A DNA stretch of 64,000 bases from Verrucomicrobiales bacterium (lineage in GTDB: Bacteria; Verrucomicrobiota; Verrucomicrobiia; Limisphaerales; CAIMTB01). A program made the position numbers and the translations under genes. This document shows positions 53,984-62,467 of the stretch, one piece after another. The notes under the pieces were generated by a model, which had not been told where the DNA came from, ran no database searches, and was given only the letters and a program-made list of their open reading frames with translations. The stretch spans positions 119-64,118 of the forward strand of contig JAEUHG010000064.1 in assembly GCA_016795425.1 (NCBI GenBank). The letters are read 5' to 3'. Within the stretch, counting starts at the first letter, position 1. Each line of letters starts with the position of its first letter.

Positions 53984-55131
53984 GAATCCGCCCTTTCTCG
54001 TGGCGGCGAGGGACAGGCGCCTCCCCGGCCGCAGTCATCCACCCTTGGCTTCGACCCCGCGGCCGCCTCCGCCGCGTCAGCCAATGCCCCGCTCTGCCGA
54101 GTTCGCAATGGACTCGGCAGGGAACGAACCCAGACCTGCGCCGCCTCAACACGAACTTCGTGCGTCTCGATGATCTCCTGGAAGGGAGGCGGACTGCAGC
54201 CATCCTCCGGCTGGTAGTTCCATCCGTGCCACGGACAAGTGATGCAGCCGTCGATAATCCGGCCTTCACCGAGCGGACCACCTTGATGCCGGCATACGTT
54301 CGACGTGGCGAACCAGCGTCCGTGGTGCAGCCACACAGCCAACCGGCGCCCCGCGGCAACAACCACTCGTCCACGACCCTCGATAACCCCGTCAACCCTG
54401 CACACCGGGACATACCCGTCCTGTTCCAAGGCGTGGATTTCGCGATCGACACGGCGTTCCTGCCTCGCTGCCAGTCCATGGAGCGTCGCCAATCCGATGA
54501 ACCCGGCGCCCAAGGCTGCGGCCGGCGCAATCCCACGTTCGCTTTGCAGGTAACCGAGAGCCACGTGAGCCAGCACCAGGCCATAGGCGAGATACACGCA
54601 TAGGTGCAGCGATTTCCAGAAGACCGCACCCAGATGGCGCAGCCAAAAGTCATGACTCGTCGCGGCCATGAAGAGCAGAATGATCAACGCCACGACGCCG
54701 AACGGTTCGAACGGGACATGGACCCAATCCTCCACCGCCTGTCGCCAGAGCGCCGCGTCGCTTCCGTAGGCGGTCCACAGGCTGACCAGGGGCGACTCAT
54801 CACCGAGAGCGTGGAATTGGAAGGTTGCGACGACCGCGTGGACCAGGGCCAACACAAACATCGTCACTCCCAAGTGCCGCCTGTTGTAGAGCAGCGGCAA
54901 AAATCGAGCGTCCAACCGCGCCAACGGCCCAATGGCCAGGATCACGTGCAGCAAGGTGATCGCACTCCACGCACTCGCGCGTATCACCAATGTCTCCGCG
55001 GTCACATTGGGGTGGCGAACCAGCGTCGTGACGACCCACGTCGCCAATCCCGCTCCGGCGATCCCCCATGCGATGAGGTCATAGACCCGTTTCTGACGGT
55101 TCCAATCGATGGCACGATAGACAAGGGACAT
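53980..55131 (-). CDS. Ferric-reductase-like (di-heme b type) transmembrane domain fused to a Rieske [2Fe-2S] domain
   Basis: Six predicted TM helices carry conserved-position His residues (LLHVILAIG, LVHAVVATF, ATSHDFW, LVLAHVALG). The C-terminal part is CRHQGGPLGEGRIIDGCITCPWHGW, which matches CxH...CxxH. I moved the start to ATG 55131. Confidence 0.75.
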   Translation of the reverse strand: MSLVYRAIDWNRQKRVYDLIAWGIAGAGLATWVVTTLVRHPNVTAETLVIRASAWSAITLLHVILAIGPLARLDARFLPLLYNRRHLGVTMFVLALVHAVVATFQFHALGDESPLVSLWTAYGSDAALWRQAVEDWVHVPFEPFGVVALIILLFMAATSHDFWLRHLGAVFWKSLHLCVYLAYGLVLAHVALGYLQSERGIAPAAALGAGFIGLATLHGLAARQERRVDREIHALEQDGYVPVCRVDGVIEGRGRVVVAAGRRLAVWLHHGRWFATSNVCRHQGGPLGEGRIIDGCITCPWHGWNYQPEDGCSPPPFQEIIETHEVRVEAAQVWVRSLPSPLRTRQSGALADAAEAAAGSKPRVDDCGRGGACPSPPRERADS

Positions 55132-55168
55132 GGGAAAACCTGGAGTGGCGAGGTAGCCGGTTAGGGAA

Positions 55169-55597
55169 CTAGGGACGGGGCGATTCGAAGTGCGACCGCG
55201 GCCAATCCCGGGCGGTAGCCGGTTTCGGCCGGTAGGCAATAGCCCCGGCCAACACCAGCGGAGCGAGCACCACCAAGGCCTTCCAAGCCCACGCATGCGC
55301 GGAACGAAGCCGGCGCGGGCCCGCTTCGAGTGCGTCCCTGCCCTTCTCCGCCGGAGGCAACTGGGGAGAAACCACCCGTTGCCTCCAGCGCCATGCCAGC
55401 ATCGGCCAAAGGAGGATGACGCCCGGGGTGATGATGACCCGAAAACCCCAGGAGGAAGCAGCGGCAACTGGATCCCATAGCCGCAGGCCCCGCCATTGAA
55501 AGGCCATGGCGAATATCACCCCCAAGGCCGCATACGTTTCCACCGCCCAAAGCAGGAGAACGACCAGGGTCCGGTAACTGAAGGACTCGTCAGCCAT
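55169..55597 (-). CDS. Small integral membrane protein, unknown function
   Basis: It has three hydrophobic helices (LVVLLLWAVETYAALGVIFAMAF, FRVIITPGVILLWPMLAW, ALVVLAPLVLAGAIAY) and coding-like bias. It is tightly packed between DoxX and the Rieske fusion. Confidence 0.55.
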   Translation of the reverse strand: MADESFSYRTLVVLLLWAVETYAALGVIFAMAFQWRGLRLWDPVAAASSWGFRVIITPGVILLWPMLAWRWRQRVVSPQLPPAEKGRDALEAGPRRLRSAHAWAWKALVVLAPLVLAGAIAYRPKPATARDWPRSHFESPRP

Positions 55598-55603
55598 GGC
55601 GCC

Positions 55604-56107
55604 TCAGTCGTCCAGACGCGTGATGTACGGAATGGACTGCTGGTGCAGCCAGGTGGCCACGAACGAGGTCAGCCAGGCGATGACCCCCATCCCGAAGAGC
55701 AGTCCGCCGTCGCCCTGCACCTCGATCCCGATCACCGCGAAATGACTGAGCAACGCTGCACTCATCGCACCAAGGGCCAACAAGCAGCCCAACCAAATGG
55801 TTCGAGGAAGAAAGAGAAAGACCGACGCCGCCAACTCCCAGAATCCCTGGCCATACCGCCACCAGGATTCCATCCCCATCTTGGAGAAGATCCACACGGA
55901 TTCAGGGTGGCCGGTAAACTTGAACCACAGCGTCTCCAACATGATGACCGCGGCCACCCACCGGCAAACCGCGCTCAACCGCCGCTGAAACGGCGTCAGG
56001 TCCTCTTCATACGGCGTCATTCCCGCGGTGTACCTCGGGTCCCCGGCAACCACCGCCGTGGGCAGTTCGAATGCCTCCTGGACTGGCAATTTTCGATGAT
56101 CCTTCAT
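55604..56107 (-). CDS. DoxX-family membrane protein
   Basis: RWVAAVIMLETLWFKFTGHPESVWIFSKMG...GFWELAASVFLFLP...GCLLALGAMSAALLSHF shows the four-helix DoxX pattern. I moved the start to ATG 56107. Confidence 0.7.
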   Translation of the reverse strand: MKDHRKLPVQEAFELPTAVVAGDPRYTAGMTPYEEDLTPFQRRLSAVCRWVAAVIMLETLWFKFTGHPESVWIFSKMGMESWWRYGQGFWELAASVFLFLPRTIWLGCLLALGAMSAALLSHFAVIGIEVQGDGGLLFGMGVIAWLTSFVATWLHQQSIPYITRLDD

Positions 56108-56192
56108 GGGATGATTCGTTTTGGATCGCTCGGCGTCCAACGCGCGCGTGGCGGGTGGAAGCCGACACTGAGTCGCAGGAATGACGTCGACC

Positions 56193-57041
56193 TTACAACC
56201 CTGGGGACGGCGGATTGGCAACGGTCCTTCGCGTCGCTTCCGCCTGGTGCTCGCAGAAGACACACCGAAACCGGGGATCGTGACAAAGTTTGGCGCAACC
56301 CGAAGTCCGCGACCGCCCCACACAGGACAGCAACCCGGCGCCCGCGAACATGCCCAAGGTCGGCGCCACGAAGTAGATCCACCACCCGCGCCATTCCCCT
56401 GAGGCTAGGGCCGTGGCAACTGTGCGCGCCGGATTCATGCTGGTGCCAGACAGCGGCGATTCGATGAGAATGAAGAGACACAAGAGGCCGGCCGCCACCC
56501 ACCCCGTGAATCGAGACCCGTGCCTGTTCCGCGACACGACCAGTACGGCGGAGACCATCGTCAGGGAGATCAAGCCTTCCGCCCAGAAGGCCGCCCAGAC
56601 TCCCGCCCACCCCGGAGTCGTGACAACATATCGCACCGCCGGATCCGCCAGCCAGGCTTGGGCGACACCGGCCATGATCGCGACTCCCAAGGCGCCGCCT
56701 AGGAATTGCGCGGCGATGTAGCCGAGTACATCGCGTGGAGCCACTTTCCCCAGTGCGGCAAATACCAAAGTCACCACCGGATTAAGGTGCGCCCCCGACC
56801 TTCTGCCCCAAGGTGAATAGACCATTCCAACCAGTGTTAAACCCATGGCGGCACCCGCCACCAGGCGACGGACCCAGGGAACATCCACCTGCTGGTGCAC
56901 CCAGGATTTCGGATGCTCCAGGACCATGGTCACCAGACAGGCCGCCATCAGAAACAAGCCGAGCCCCAAAGCTTCGGCGGCATACTCCACGGCGTGACTG
57001 CGGCTCCACCAGGAACTCTGTCGGCCACTTCCCGAATTCAT
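56193..57041 (-). CDS. MIP-family channel (aquaporin/aquaglyceroporin-like) with a Cys/His-rich C-terminal tail
   Basis: The two half-helix motifs are SGAHLNPVVTLVFA (NPV) and SGTSMNPARTVATA (NPA). The tail is GCAKLCHDPRFRCVFCEH. I moved the start to ATG 57041, which overlaps the VOC gene stop as ATGA. Confidence 0.8.
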   Translation of the reverse strand: MNSGSGRQSSWWSRSHAVEYAAEALGLGLFLMAACLVTMVLEHPKSWVHQQVDVPWVRRLVAGAAMGLTLVGMVYSPWGRRSGAHLNPVVTLVFAALGKVAPRDVLGYIAAQFLGGALGVAIMAGVAQAWLADPAVRYVVTTPGWAGVWAAFWAEGLISLTMVSAVLVVSRNRHGSRFTGWVAAGLLCLFILIESPLSGTSMNPARTVATALASGEWRGWWIYFVAPTLGMFAGAGLLSCVGRSRTSGCAKLCHDPRFRCVFCEHQAEATRRTVANPPSPGL

Positions 57042-58045
57042 GGCACAACCTCCAACCAATGACCGTCGGGGTCGGGCATCAGCCAATCGAGGACTCCCGG
57101 CACCGCCCCGCCACCCCTTGCACCGGCCAAATCCGCGGGTGCGGCCCGGATGCGAATCCTCCAGGACATCAGATCCTGCACACGCGCATCCCGCGGGCGC
57201 GGTCGTCCGCCGGGTGGCGCCAGGTATTCGAGGAACTCAATGGCGGGACCCGCCGGCGCCCGCATCGAGGTGATCCGAACCCGGGCGCCAAAAACCTGGT
57301 TGAGGTGTTCTTGTTCGACACCCCAGTTCTCGCTCTCGCCAGCAACGCGCAGACCGAGGTGGCGTGTATAAAAATCAATGCTTCGGTCTGTATCGGAAAC
57401 CACGATCGCGGTGTGGTCGATACCCAGAAAGAGGTCCGAGCCGATGCTCTGCCAACGGGGATCCCCTTTGTCCGGTGGAAACCAGATCAGCTCGAGAACA
57501 TGGTCATCCGGGTCCTTGAAATAGAAGGCACGAATACCTGCCGCACGCGCGTTCCAGCCAGGCAAGGTCTGGGGACCGGTAGAGACATGCGCCACGCGCC
57601 ATCGTCGCAAGTGCGCATAGGCCTCATCGATATCGCGCACCACGATGGCCAGGTGCTGGAACCAATGGTCGGTGCTGCGGGAATCGGCGGGAATCGCCCG
57701 CCCTTTCGGCCGCTGAAACTGAAAGAGATCCACCTGTTCGCGTCCCAATCGCAGGCGAAGCGTGCGCGTCACGGTCCGACGAGTTCCGGTCCATCGATCC
57801 CAGGTTCGCTCGGTTTCATCTCCGCGATGGACCACTGCATCGGCATGAAATCCGAGCACGTTGGTGTAGAAACGGGCGGCGCGATCGATGTCGCTGACAT
57901 TGATGACAAACCCATCAATGCTCTGCGCGCGCAGGCCATCCGCCTCGGCGGCAGCGACGATCGAAGCCAGCAACAACCCCAACCCCATTCGACGCACACG
58001 CCGCCAAAAGGAGAGACTTCGGGCCGCCAGAGTCACCGGAATCAT
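57038..58045 (-). CDS. Exported two-domain VOC (glyoxalase/bleomycin-resistance/dioxygenase) family protein
   Basis: The signal-like N-terminus is MGLGLLLASIVAAAEA. Two VOC modules follow: IDGFVINVSDIDRAARFYTNVLGF...HLAIVV and IDHTAIVVSDTDRSIDFYTRHLGL...DPDGHWLEVV. I moved the start to ATG 58045, which overlaps the GMC gene stop as ATGA. Confidence 0.8.
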   Translation of the reverse strand: MIPVTLAARSLSFWRRVRRMGLGLLLASIVAAAEADGLRAQSIDGFVINVSDIDRAARFYTNVLGFHADAVVHRGDETERTWDRWTGTRRTVTRTLRLRLGREQVDLFQFQRPKGRAIPADSRSTDHWFQHLAIVVRDIDEAYAHLRRWRVAHVSTGPQTLPGWNARAAGIRAFYFKDPDDHVLELIWFPPDKGDPRWQSIGSDLFLGIDHTAIVVSDTDRSIDFYTRHLGLRVAGESENWGVEQEHLNQVFGARVRITSMRAPAGPAIEFLEYLAPPGGRPRPRDARVQDLMSWRIRIRAAPADLAGARGGGAVPGVLDWLMPDPDGHWLEVVP

Positions 58046-59688
58046 ACCACCACCTCCGCCAACGCGGGTGCCGTACTTCTGGGTTGAGACGCCCAACCAA
58101 GTTCCGCAGCGCCGCGGTTCCGCGCGCCCAGACGATCCCGCAGATGGTCGGCCACACGAATGGCGTTGGCGATAATGGTCAGGGTTGGGTTCACCGCGGC
58201 GCTCGATACAAAGAAGCTGCCGTCGACGACATAGAGATTGTCGAGGCCATGAGCCTTGCAGGTTAGGTCGAGAACACTGGTGGTTGGATCCGTGCCAAAT
58301 CGGCATGTCCCCACCTGGTGGCCGAGCCCCTGGGTTCCCAGTTTGTTGGCGAACGTCGTGACGCTGCCGGCATTGAAATAGCGGCCATTCGGCAACAGGT
58401 GGCAACCGCAGCCGATCTCCTGGAGCACGCCCCGCCAGCGTTGGGTCAGCCGGTCAAAGGCTTCGCCGTTGTTCTCGGTGTACTCCACGACGATGCGGCC
58501 CTCGTGGTTGAGTCGGATTCGGTTGTTGGAGTCGGGCAAGTCCTCGGCGGTCAGCCACCAATCCACGGAATGACGCGCCACGAAATCGATATCCAAAGGT
58601 GCATACATCGATTCGCTGCCCTCCAATTCCGCGCGGCTCACCTTGCCAAGGGTCTGAATCTGTCCCATGGGAAACTCAAACCCCGGTTCGCCCCAATAGT
58701 AGTCAAACACACTCAACGACTTCTGGAAGCGCGTCGGATTTGTGCGGAAGGAACTCACCCCGATCAGGCTGCCGAGCACGTGCTTCATCAAGTACCGGCC
58801 GACCAAGCCCGAGGCATTGGCAAGCCCGGCCGGGTGTCGGTCGTTGCCCGAGCGAAGGAGCAGCGCCGCCGTGTTGATGGAACCGCAACTGGAGACGTAG
58901 AGATCCGCCTGAAACACGGCGCGTTCCCCGGTCTTGAGAACCACCTCGACCCCTGCCACCTCGCGGCCGCTGGCATCGGTCAGGAGCCGTTCCGCCCGGG
59001 TCTCGGTCAGCAAGGTCACCTTTTCATCTCCCATCACCGGCCGCACCGCACAGGTCTCGGCATCGGATTTGGCCTGCACCAGGCACGGATACCCGTCGCA
59101 GGTTTCGCAGCGCAGGCATCGGCTCAACTCCCTTCGCGTCTCGTCGAGCTGGATTCCCAATGGGGTGTGGCTCGGATGAAGCCCGCGGGCGCGGAGGGCC
59201 CCGGCGATTTCGGCGATTCTCGGTTCGTGGCTCACCGCCGGCCAGGAATACGGCTCGCTACGCCAAGGTTCGGTGGGATCCTCGCCGGTGCCGCCATGCA
59301 CCTGGAACAACCGCTCCGCCCGGACATAATAAGGTTCCCAATCGCGGTATTTCAGGGGCCACTCGGGAGAAACTCCGCCCACGTGGCGGACCGTCTCGAA
59401 ATCGCGTTCACGAAAGCGGAACAATGCCGCGCCGTAGAGTTTGGTGTTGCCCCCGACGAAGTAGGCCATCCCTGCCTTGAGCTCCTGGCCCTCGCGGTCC
59501 AGCCAAACCTCCGGGCCGAAATAGCGGGTGGTGTGAAAGGCGGCGCGCGTGTCCCAATTCTCTTTCTCGCGCGGCAGAAAGGGTCCGCGTTCGATAACCA
59601 GGATCCGCTTTCCGGTGGCCGCCAGTTCGTGCAGCAACGTGCCTCCACCGGCGCCGGTCCCAAGAATGATGACGTCGTATCGATCCAT
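58042..59688 (-). CDS. GMC-family FAD-dependent oxidoreductase
   Basis: The N-terminal FAD fold is MDRYDVIILGTGAGGGTLLHELAATGKRILVIERG. The C-terminal GMC block is GHQVGTCRFGTDPTTSVLDLTCKAHGLDNLYVVDGSFFVSSAAVNPTLTIIANA. Confidence 0.85.
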   Translation of the reverse strand: MDRYDVIILGTGAGGGTLLHELAATGKRILVIERGPFLPREKENWDTRAAFHTTRYFGPEVWLDREGQELKAGMAYFVGGNTKLYGAALFRFRERDFETVRHVGGVSPEWPLKYRDWEPYYVRAERLFQVHGGTGEDPTEPWRSEPYSWPAVSHEPRIAEIAGALRARGLHPSHTPLGIQLDETRRELSRCLRCETCDGYPCLVQAKSDAETCAVRPVMGDEKVTLLTETRAERLLTDASGREVAGVEVVLKTGERAVFQADLYVSSCGSINTAALLLRSGNDRHPAGLANASGLVGRYLMKHVLGSLIGVSSFRTNPTRFQKSLSVFDYYWGEPGFEFPMGQIQTLGKVSRAELEGSESMYAPLDIDFVARHSVDWWLTAEDLPDSNNRIRLNHEGRIVVEYTENNGEAFDRLTQRWRGVLQEIGCGCHLLPNGRYFNAGSVTTFANKLGTQGLGHQVGTCRFGTDPTTSVLDLTCKAHGLDNLYVVDGSFFVSSAAVNPTLTIIANAIRVADHLRDRLGARNRGAAELGWASQPRSTAPALAEVVV

Positions 59689-59719
59689 GCCCTCCTTGGT
59701 CGGGAGGGCGATGGATTAC

Positions 59720-60514
59720 TTACAGGCCGGGCTCTTCGAGCAATCGCCGGACACTCGACTCCAGCGTTTCCCGGGCATCGACATTCCGCAGGCGGCCTTG
59801 TCGATCGATCAGCCACAGGGTCGGCAGGGAGGTGATTCCGTACTCGGCGGCGCGAGGGCCGGACCATCCCTTGCCGTCCGCCACTTGAGACCAGGTGATG
59901 CCTTCGTTCGCCACGAACCGCCGAAGCGTGGCCAGATCGTCGTCGAAGCTGATCCCCACGATCTCGAGTCCACGAGCCCGCGAGGACGTGTAGAGCGCCT
60001 TGAGTTCCGGCAGCTTCTCGCGGCAGGGCGGACACCAACTGGCCCAGAAATCGATCAGGACGACTTTTCCCTTCAGATCACCCAACCGTAGGTGGACCCC
60101 ATCCACCGTCGTTACAGTTCGATCAAAAGGCTGGCCCACGCCCCGCTTCTTCGAGATCACCCCGCGGGCCTTCTCTTTCACCGCCGTCGGGGCCGGCCAG
60201 GCGAGTATCTCGTTCAACAGCGCTATCGCACGCGGACCTTCCATGTGGTCGGCCACATACAGCAATTCCGCGTACACCTCGCCCTCACCGGCAAAGCGGG
60301 ACTGCAGCTCACGGAATCCACGCTCCAGGGCCTCGTAATACTCGGAGCTTCGTTCGGGATGGTTGTGGGCCACCTTTTGAACCGCGTCCACCGCCTGGCG
60401 GAAGGCCGACGTGTCGGTCGCGGCGTCGTCGGCGAACGCGGTCATGGACGGACCGGCCGCCACGACCGTCAGGAACCCGACGAGGCACGCCACCTGCCAA
60501 TGTCCCCTCTTCAT
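59720..60514 (-). CDS. Exported TlpA/ResA-like thiol:disulfide oxidoreductase (thioredoxin fold)
   Basis: The signal peptide is MKRGHWQVACLVGFLTVVAAGPSMTAFA. A helical N-domain follows, then GKVVLIDFWASWCPPCREKLPELKAL with the CPPC active site. Confidence 0.85.
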   Translation of the reverse strand: MKRGHWQVACLVGFLTVVAAGPSMTAFADDAATDTSAFRQAVDAVQKVAHNHPERSSEYYEALERGFRELQSRFAGEGEVYAELLYVADHMEGPRAIALLNEILAWPAPTAVKEKARGVISKKRGVGQPFDRTVTTVDGVHLRLGDLKGKVVLIDFWASWCPPCREKLPELKALYTSSRARGLEIVGISFDDDLATLRRFVANEGITWSQVADGKGWSGPRAAEYGITSLPTLWLIDRQGRLRNVDARETLESSVRRLLEEPGL

Positions 60515-60588
60515 GCGATGACTCTAAGGCCGAATCCAAAGCCCGCGCCAGCCATGCGTTGGTTCGAAACGGCGGTCATGCCTCGAAG

Positions 60589-60825
60589 TCATGAGGCGAA
60601 CCAGAATCCCAGTAGGCCGAGCACCAGCGAACTGGTGCCCGCGACACTGAGCACCGTCCAAACCGCGCGTTCCCACGGATCCTCCCCGAACCGCTGCCCC
60701 GCCCAGCCGCTCGCGGGCGCCCTGTCGCGGCACCCGCACGGCCGACGGACCTCCATCCGAGCCTGCACCAGCCCCGCGCCCATCCCTGTATCGATCTGCG
60801 ACAACGAATTGAGTCTTGTCATCAT
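60589..60825 (-). CDS. Possible small C-terminally membrane-anchored protein (first gene of the minus-strand operon)
   Basis: This 78-aa ORF has G/C-rich third positions and ends in a hydrophobic helix VWTVLSVAGTSSLVLGLLGFWF. It lies 74 nt upstream of the TlpA-like gene. No homology is recognised and it could be non-coding. Confidence 0.35.
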   Translation of the reverse strand: MMTRLNSLSQIDTGMGAGLVQARMEVRRPCGCRDRAPASGWAGQRFGEDPWERAVWTVLSVAGTSSLVLGLLGFWFAS

Positions 60826-60976
60826 GGGCTCAGTTTAAGTGGCGCTGATGAGTCGCGTAAGACACAGCAATCCTAACAGTGGAACCGCACACCTCGTTCC
60901 GGACGGCAACTGTACTGGTCGTTTGTCCCCCGAAGTGTCGCTTTCCGGAGCCCGCGAAATGCCATAGGCTCGTCCC

Positions 60977-62461
60977 ATGTCGGCGCTCCCCGTTCCCGCC
61001 ACACTCGCGCCGGATGACACCGGGCACCTCTACCTGCGCGTCAGCAGCCAGGTGGCCGAGTTGATTGAAAAAGGCAGCCTGCGCCCGGGCGAGAAGGTGC
61101 CGTCGGTGCGCCGGTTGAGCGCGCAATTCCAGGTGAGCATCTCCACGGTGGTCCAAGCCTATCGACTCCTGGAGAATCGCGGACTGATCGAGGCGCGGCC
61201 TCAATCCGGTTACTATGTTCGGCCGCGGCGCTGGACACCTCCGCCGGAACCCGAGCTCTGCCTCAAGGAACCCTCGGTTGCCGACTTGAAGGTGGGAGAC
61301 CTGATCATGCAGGTGGTTCGCGACTACCAGGCTGGGTCGCTGGTTCGATTGGGCGCGACATGCGCGACGGTGGGATTGCACTCGCCTCCGGCGTTGCATC
61401 GGGCCCTCGCGTCGGTGGCCCGAAGAAGTGCCCAACGTGGCGTCGAACCGGACAGCCTCGCCGGGCGGGCGGCGTTTCGCGCGCAGGTGGCCCGTCACGC
61501 GGTGGCATCGGGTTGCGCCTTGTCTCCTGGCGAGATCATCGCCACTTCCGGCGCCACCGAATCCGTGCATCTCTGTTTGCGGGCGGTCTGCAAGCCCGGG
61601 GACCTGATTGCGATCGAGTCTCCAACCTTCTTCGGATTCCTGCAGTTGATCGAATCGCTCGGCATGCGCGCGGTGGAAATCCCCACCTACCCCCGGGACG
61701 GCGTCTGCCTGGACGCGCTCGCCTTCGCCCTTGAACAGCAGGACATCAAGGCGTGCCTGTTCGTTCTGAATTTCGCCAATCCGCTCGGTTCCTGCATGCC
61801 TGACGACAAGAAGGCGCGGCTCGTTCAAATGCTGGCCGAGAAGAATGTGCCGCTCATCGAGAACGACATTTACGGAAGTCTCTTCTTCGGCAAGGCGAGG
61901 CCGCGCAGCGCGAAGTCCTTTGATCGCCATGGCAATGTGCTGCTCTGCGACTCCTTTAACAAAATCCTCGCCCCCGGCTACCGCGTGGGATGGGTCGCTC
62001 CTGGCCGGTTTCAGTCCAAGGTCGAATACCTCAAATTCATCACCACGGACGCTTCGGCGTCGCTGGCGCAATTGGCCATCGCGGAGTTTCTGGCCAACGG
62101 CAGCTATGAACATCATCTCCGCCGGCTGCGGCGTATCTATGCGGCGGGCATTGCCTCCATGAGCGAAGCGGTCGCTCACTTCTTCCCGGCAGGCACCCGC
62201 CTCACCAGACCCGCCGGCGGCCAGTTGTTGTGGGTCGAATTGCCTGCCGAAGTCGACTCACTGGAACTCTATCGCCGCGCCCTCCAGGAGCGCATCGCCA
62301 TCGCCCCGGGCCCGATTTTCTCGGCCAAACAAAAATGCCGGAACTTCATCCGACTGAATTGCGGCAATCCTTGGTCGGAATCGATCGAGGCGGCGATCCG
62401 CAAGCTGGGATGCCTGTCCCACGACATTCTCGCGGCGACCCGCCGTACCGCGTCCAACTGA
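60977..62461 (+). CDS. MocR/GabR-type regulator (GntR wHTH fused to a fold-type I aminotransferase-like domain)
   Basis: The wHTH is LYLRVSSQVAELIEKGSLRPGEKVPSVRRLSAQFQVSISTVVQAYRLLENRGLIEARPQSGYYV. The AAT-like domain carries the PLP-lysine context LLCDSFNKILAPGYRVGW. Confidence 0.85.
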   Translation: MSALPVPATLAPDDTGHLYLRVSSQVAELIEKGSLRPGEKVPSVRRLSAQFQVSISTVVQAYRLLENRGLIEARPQSGYYVRPRRWTPPPEPELCLKEPSVADLKVGDLIMQVVRDYQAGSLVRLGATCATVGLHSPPALHRALASVARRSAQRGVEPDSLAGRAAFRAQVARHAVASGCALSPGEIIATSGATESVHLCLRAVCKPGDLIAIESPTFFGFLQLIESLGMRAVEIPTYPRDGVCLDALAFALEQQDIKACLFVLNFANPLGSCMPDDKKARLVQMLAEKNVPLIENDIYGSLFFGKARPRSAKSFDRHGNVLLCDSFNKILAPGYRVGWVAPGRFQSKVEYLKFITTDASASLAQLAIAEFLANGSYEHHLRRLRRIYAAGIASMSEAVAHFFPAGTRLTRPAGGQLLWVELPAEVDSLELYRRALQERIAIAPGPIFSAKQKCRNFIRLNCGNPWSESIEAAIRKLGCLSHDILAATRRTASN

Positions 62462-62467
62462 CGACCT

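Noticed and set aside
58318-62179. ORFs 58318..59835 (+), 60092..60838 (+) and 60830..62179 (-)
   Set aside because: They are shadows of the GMC oxidoreductase, TlpA-like and MocR genes respectively.
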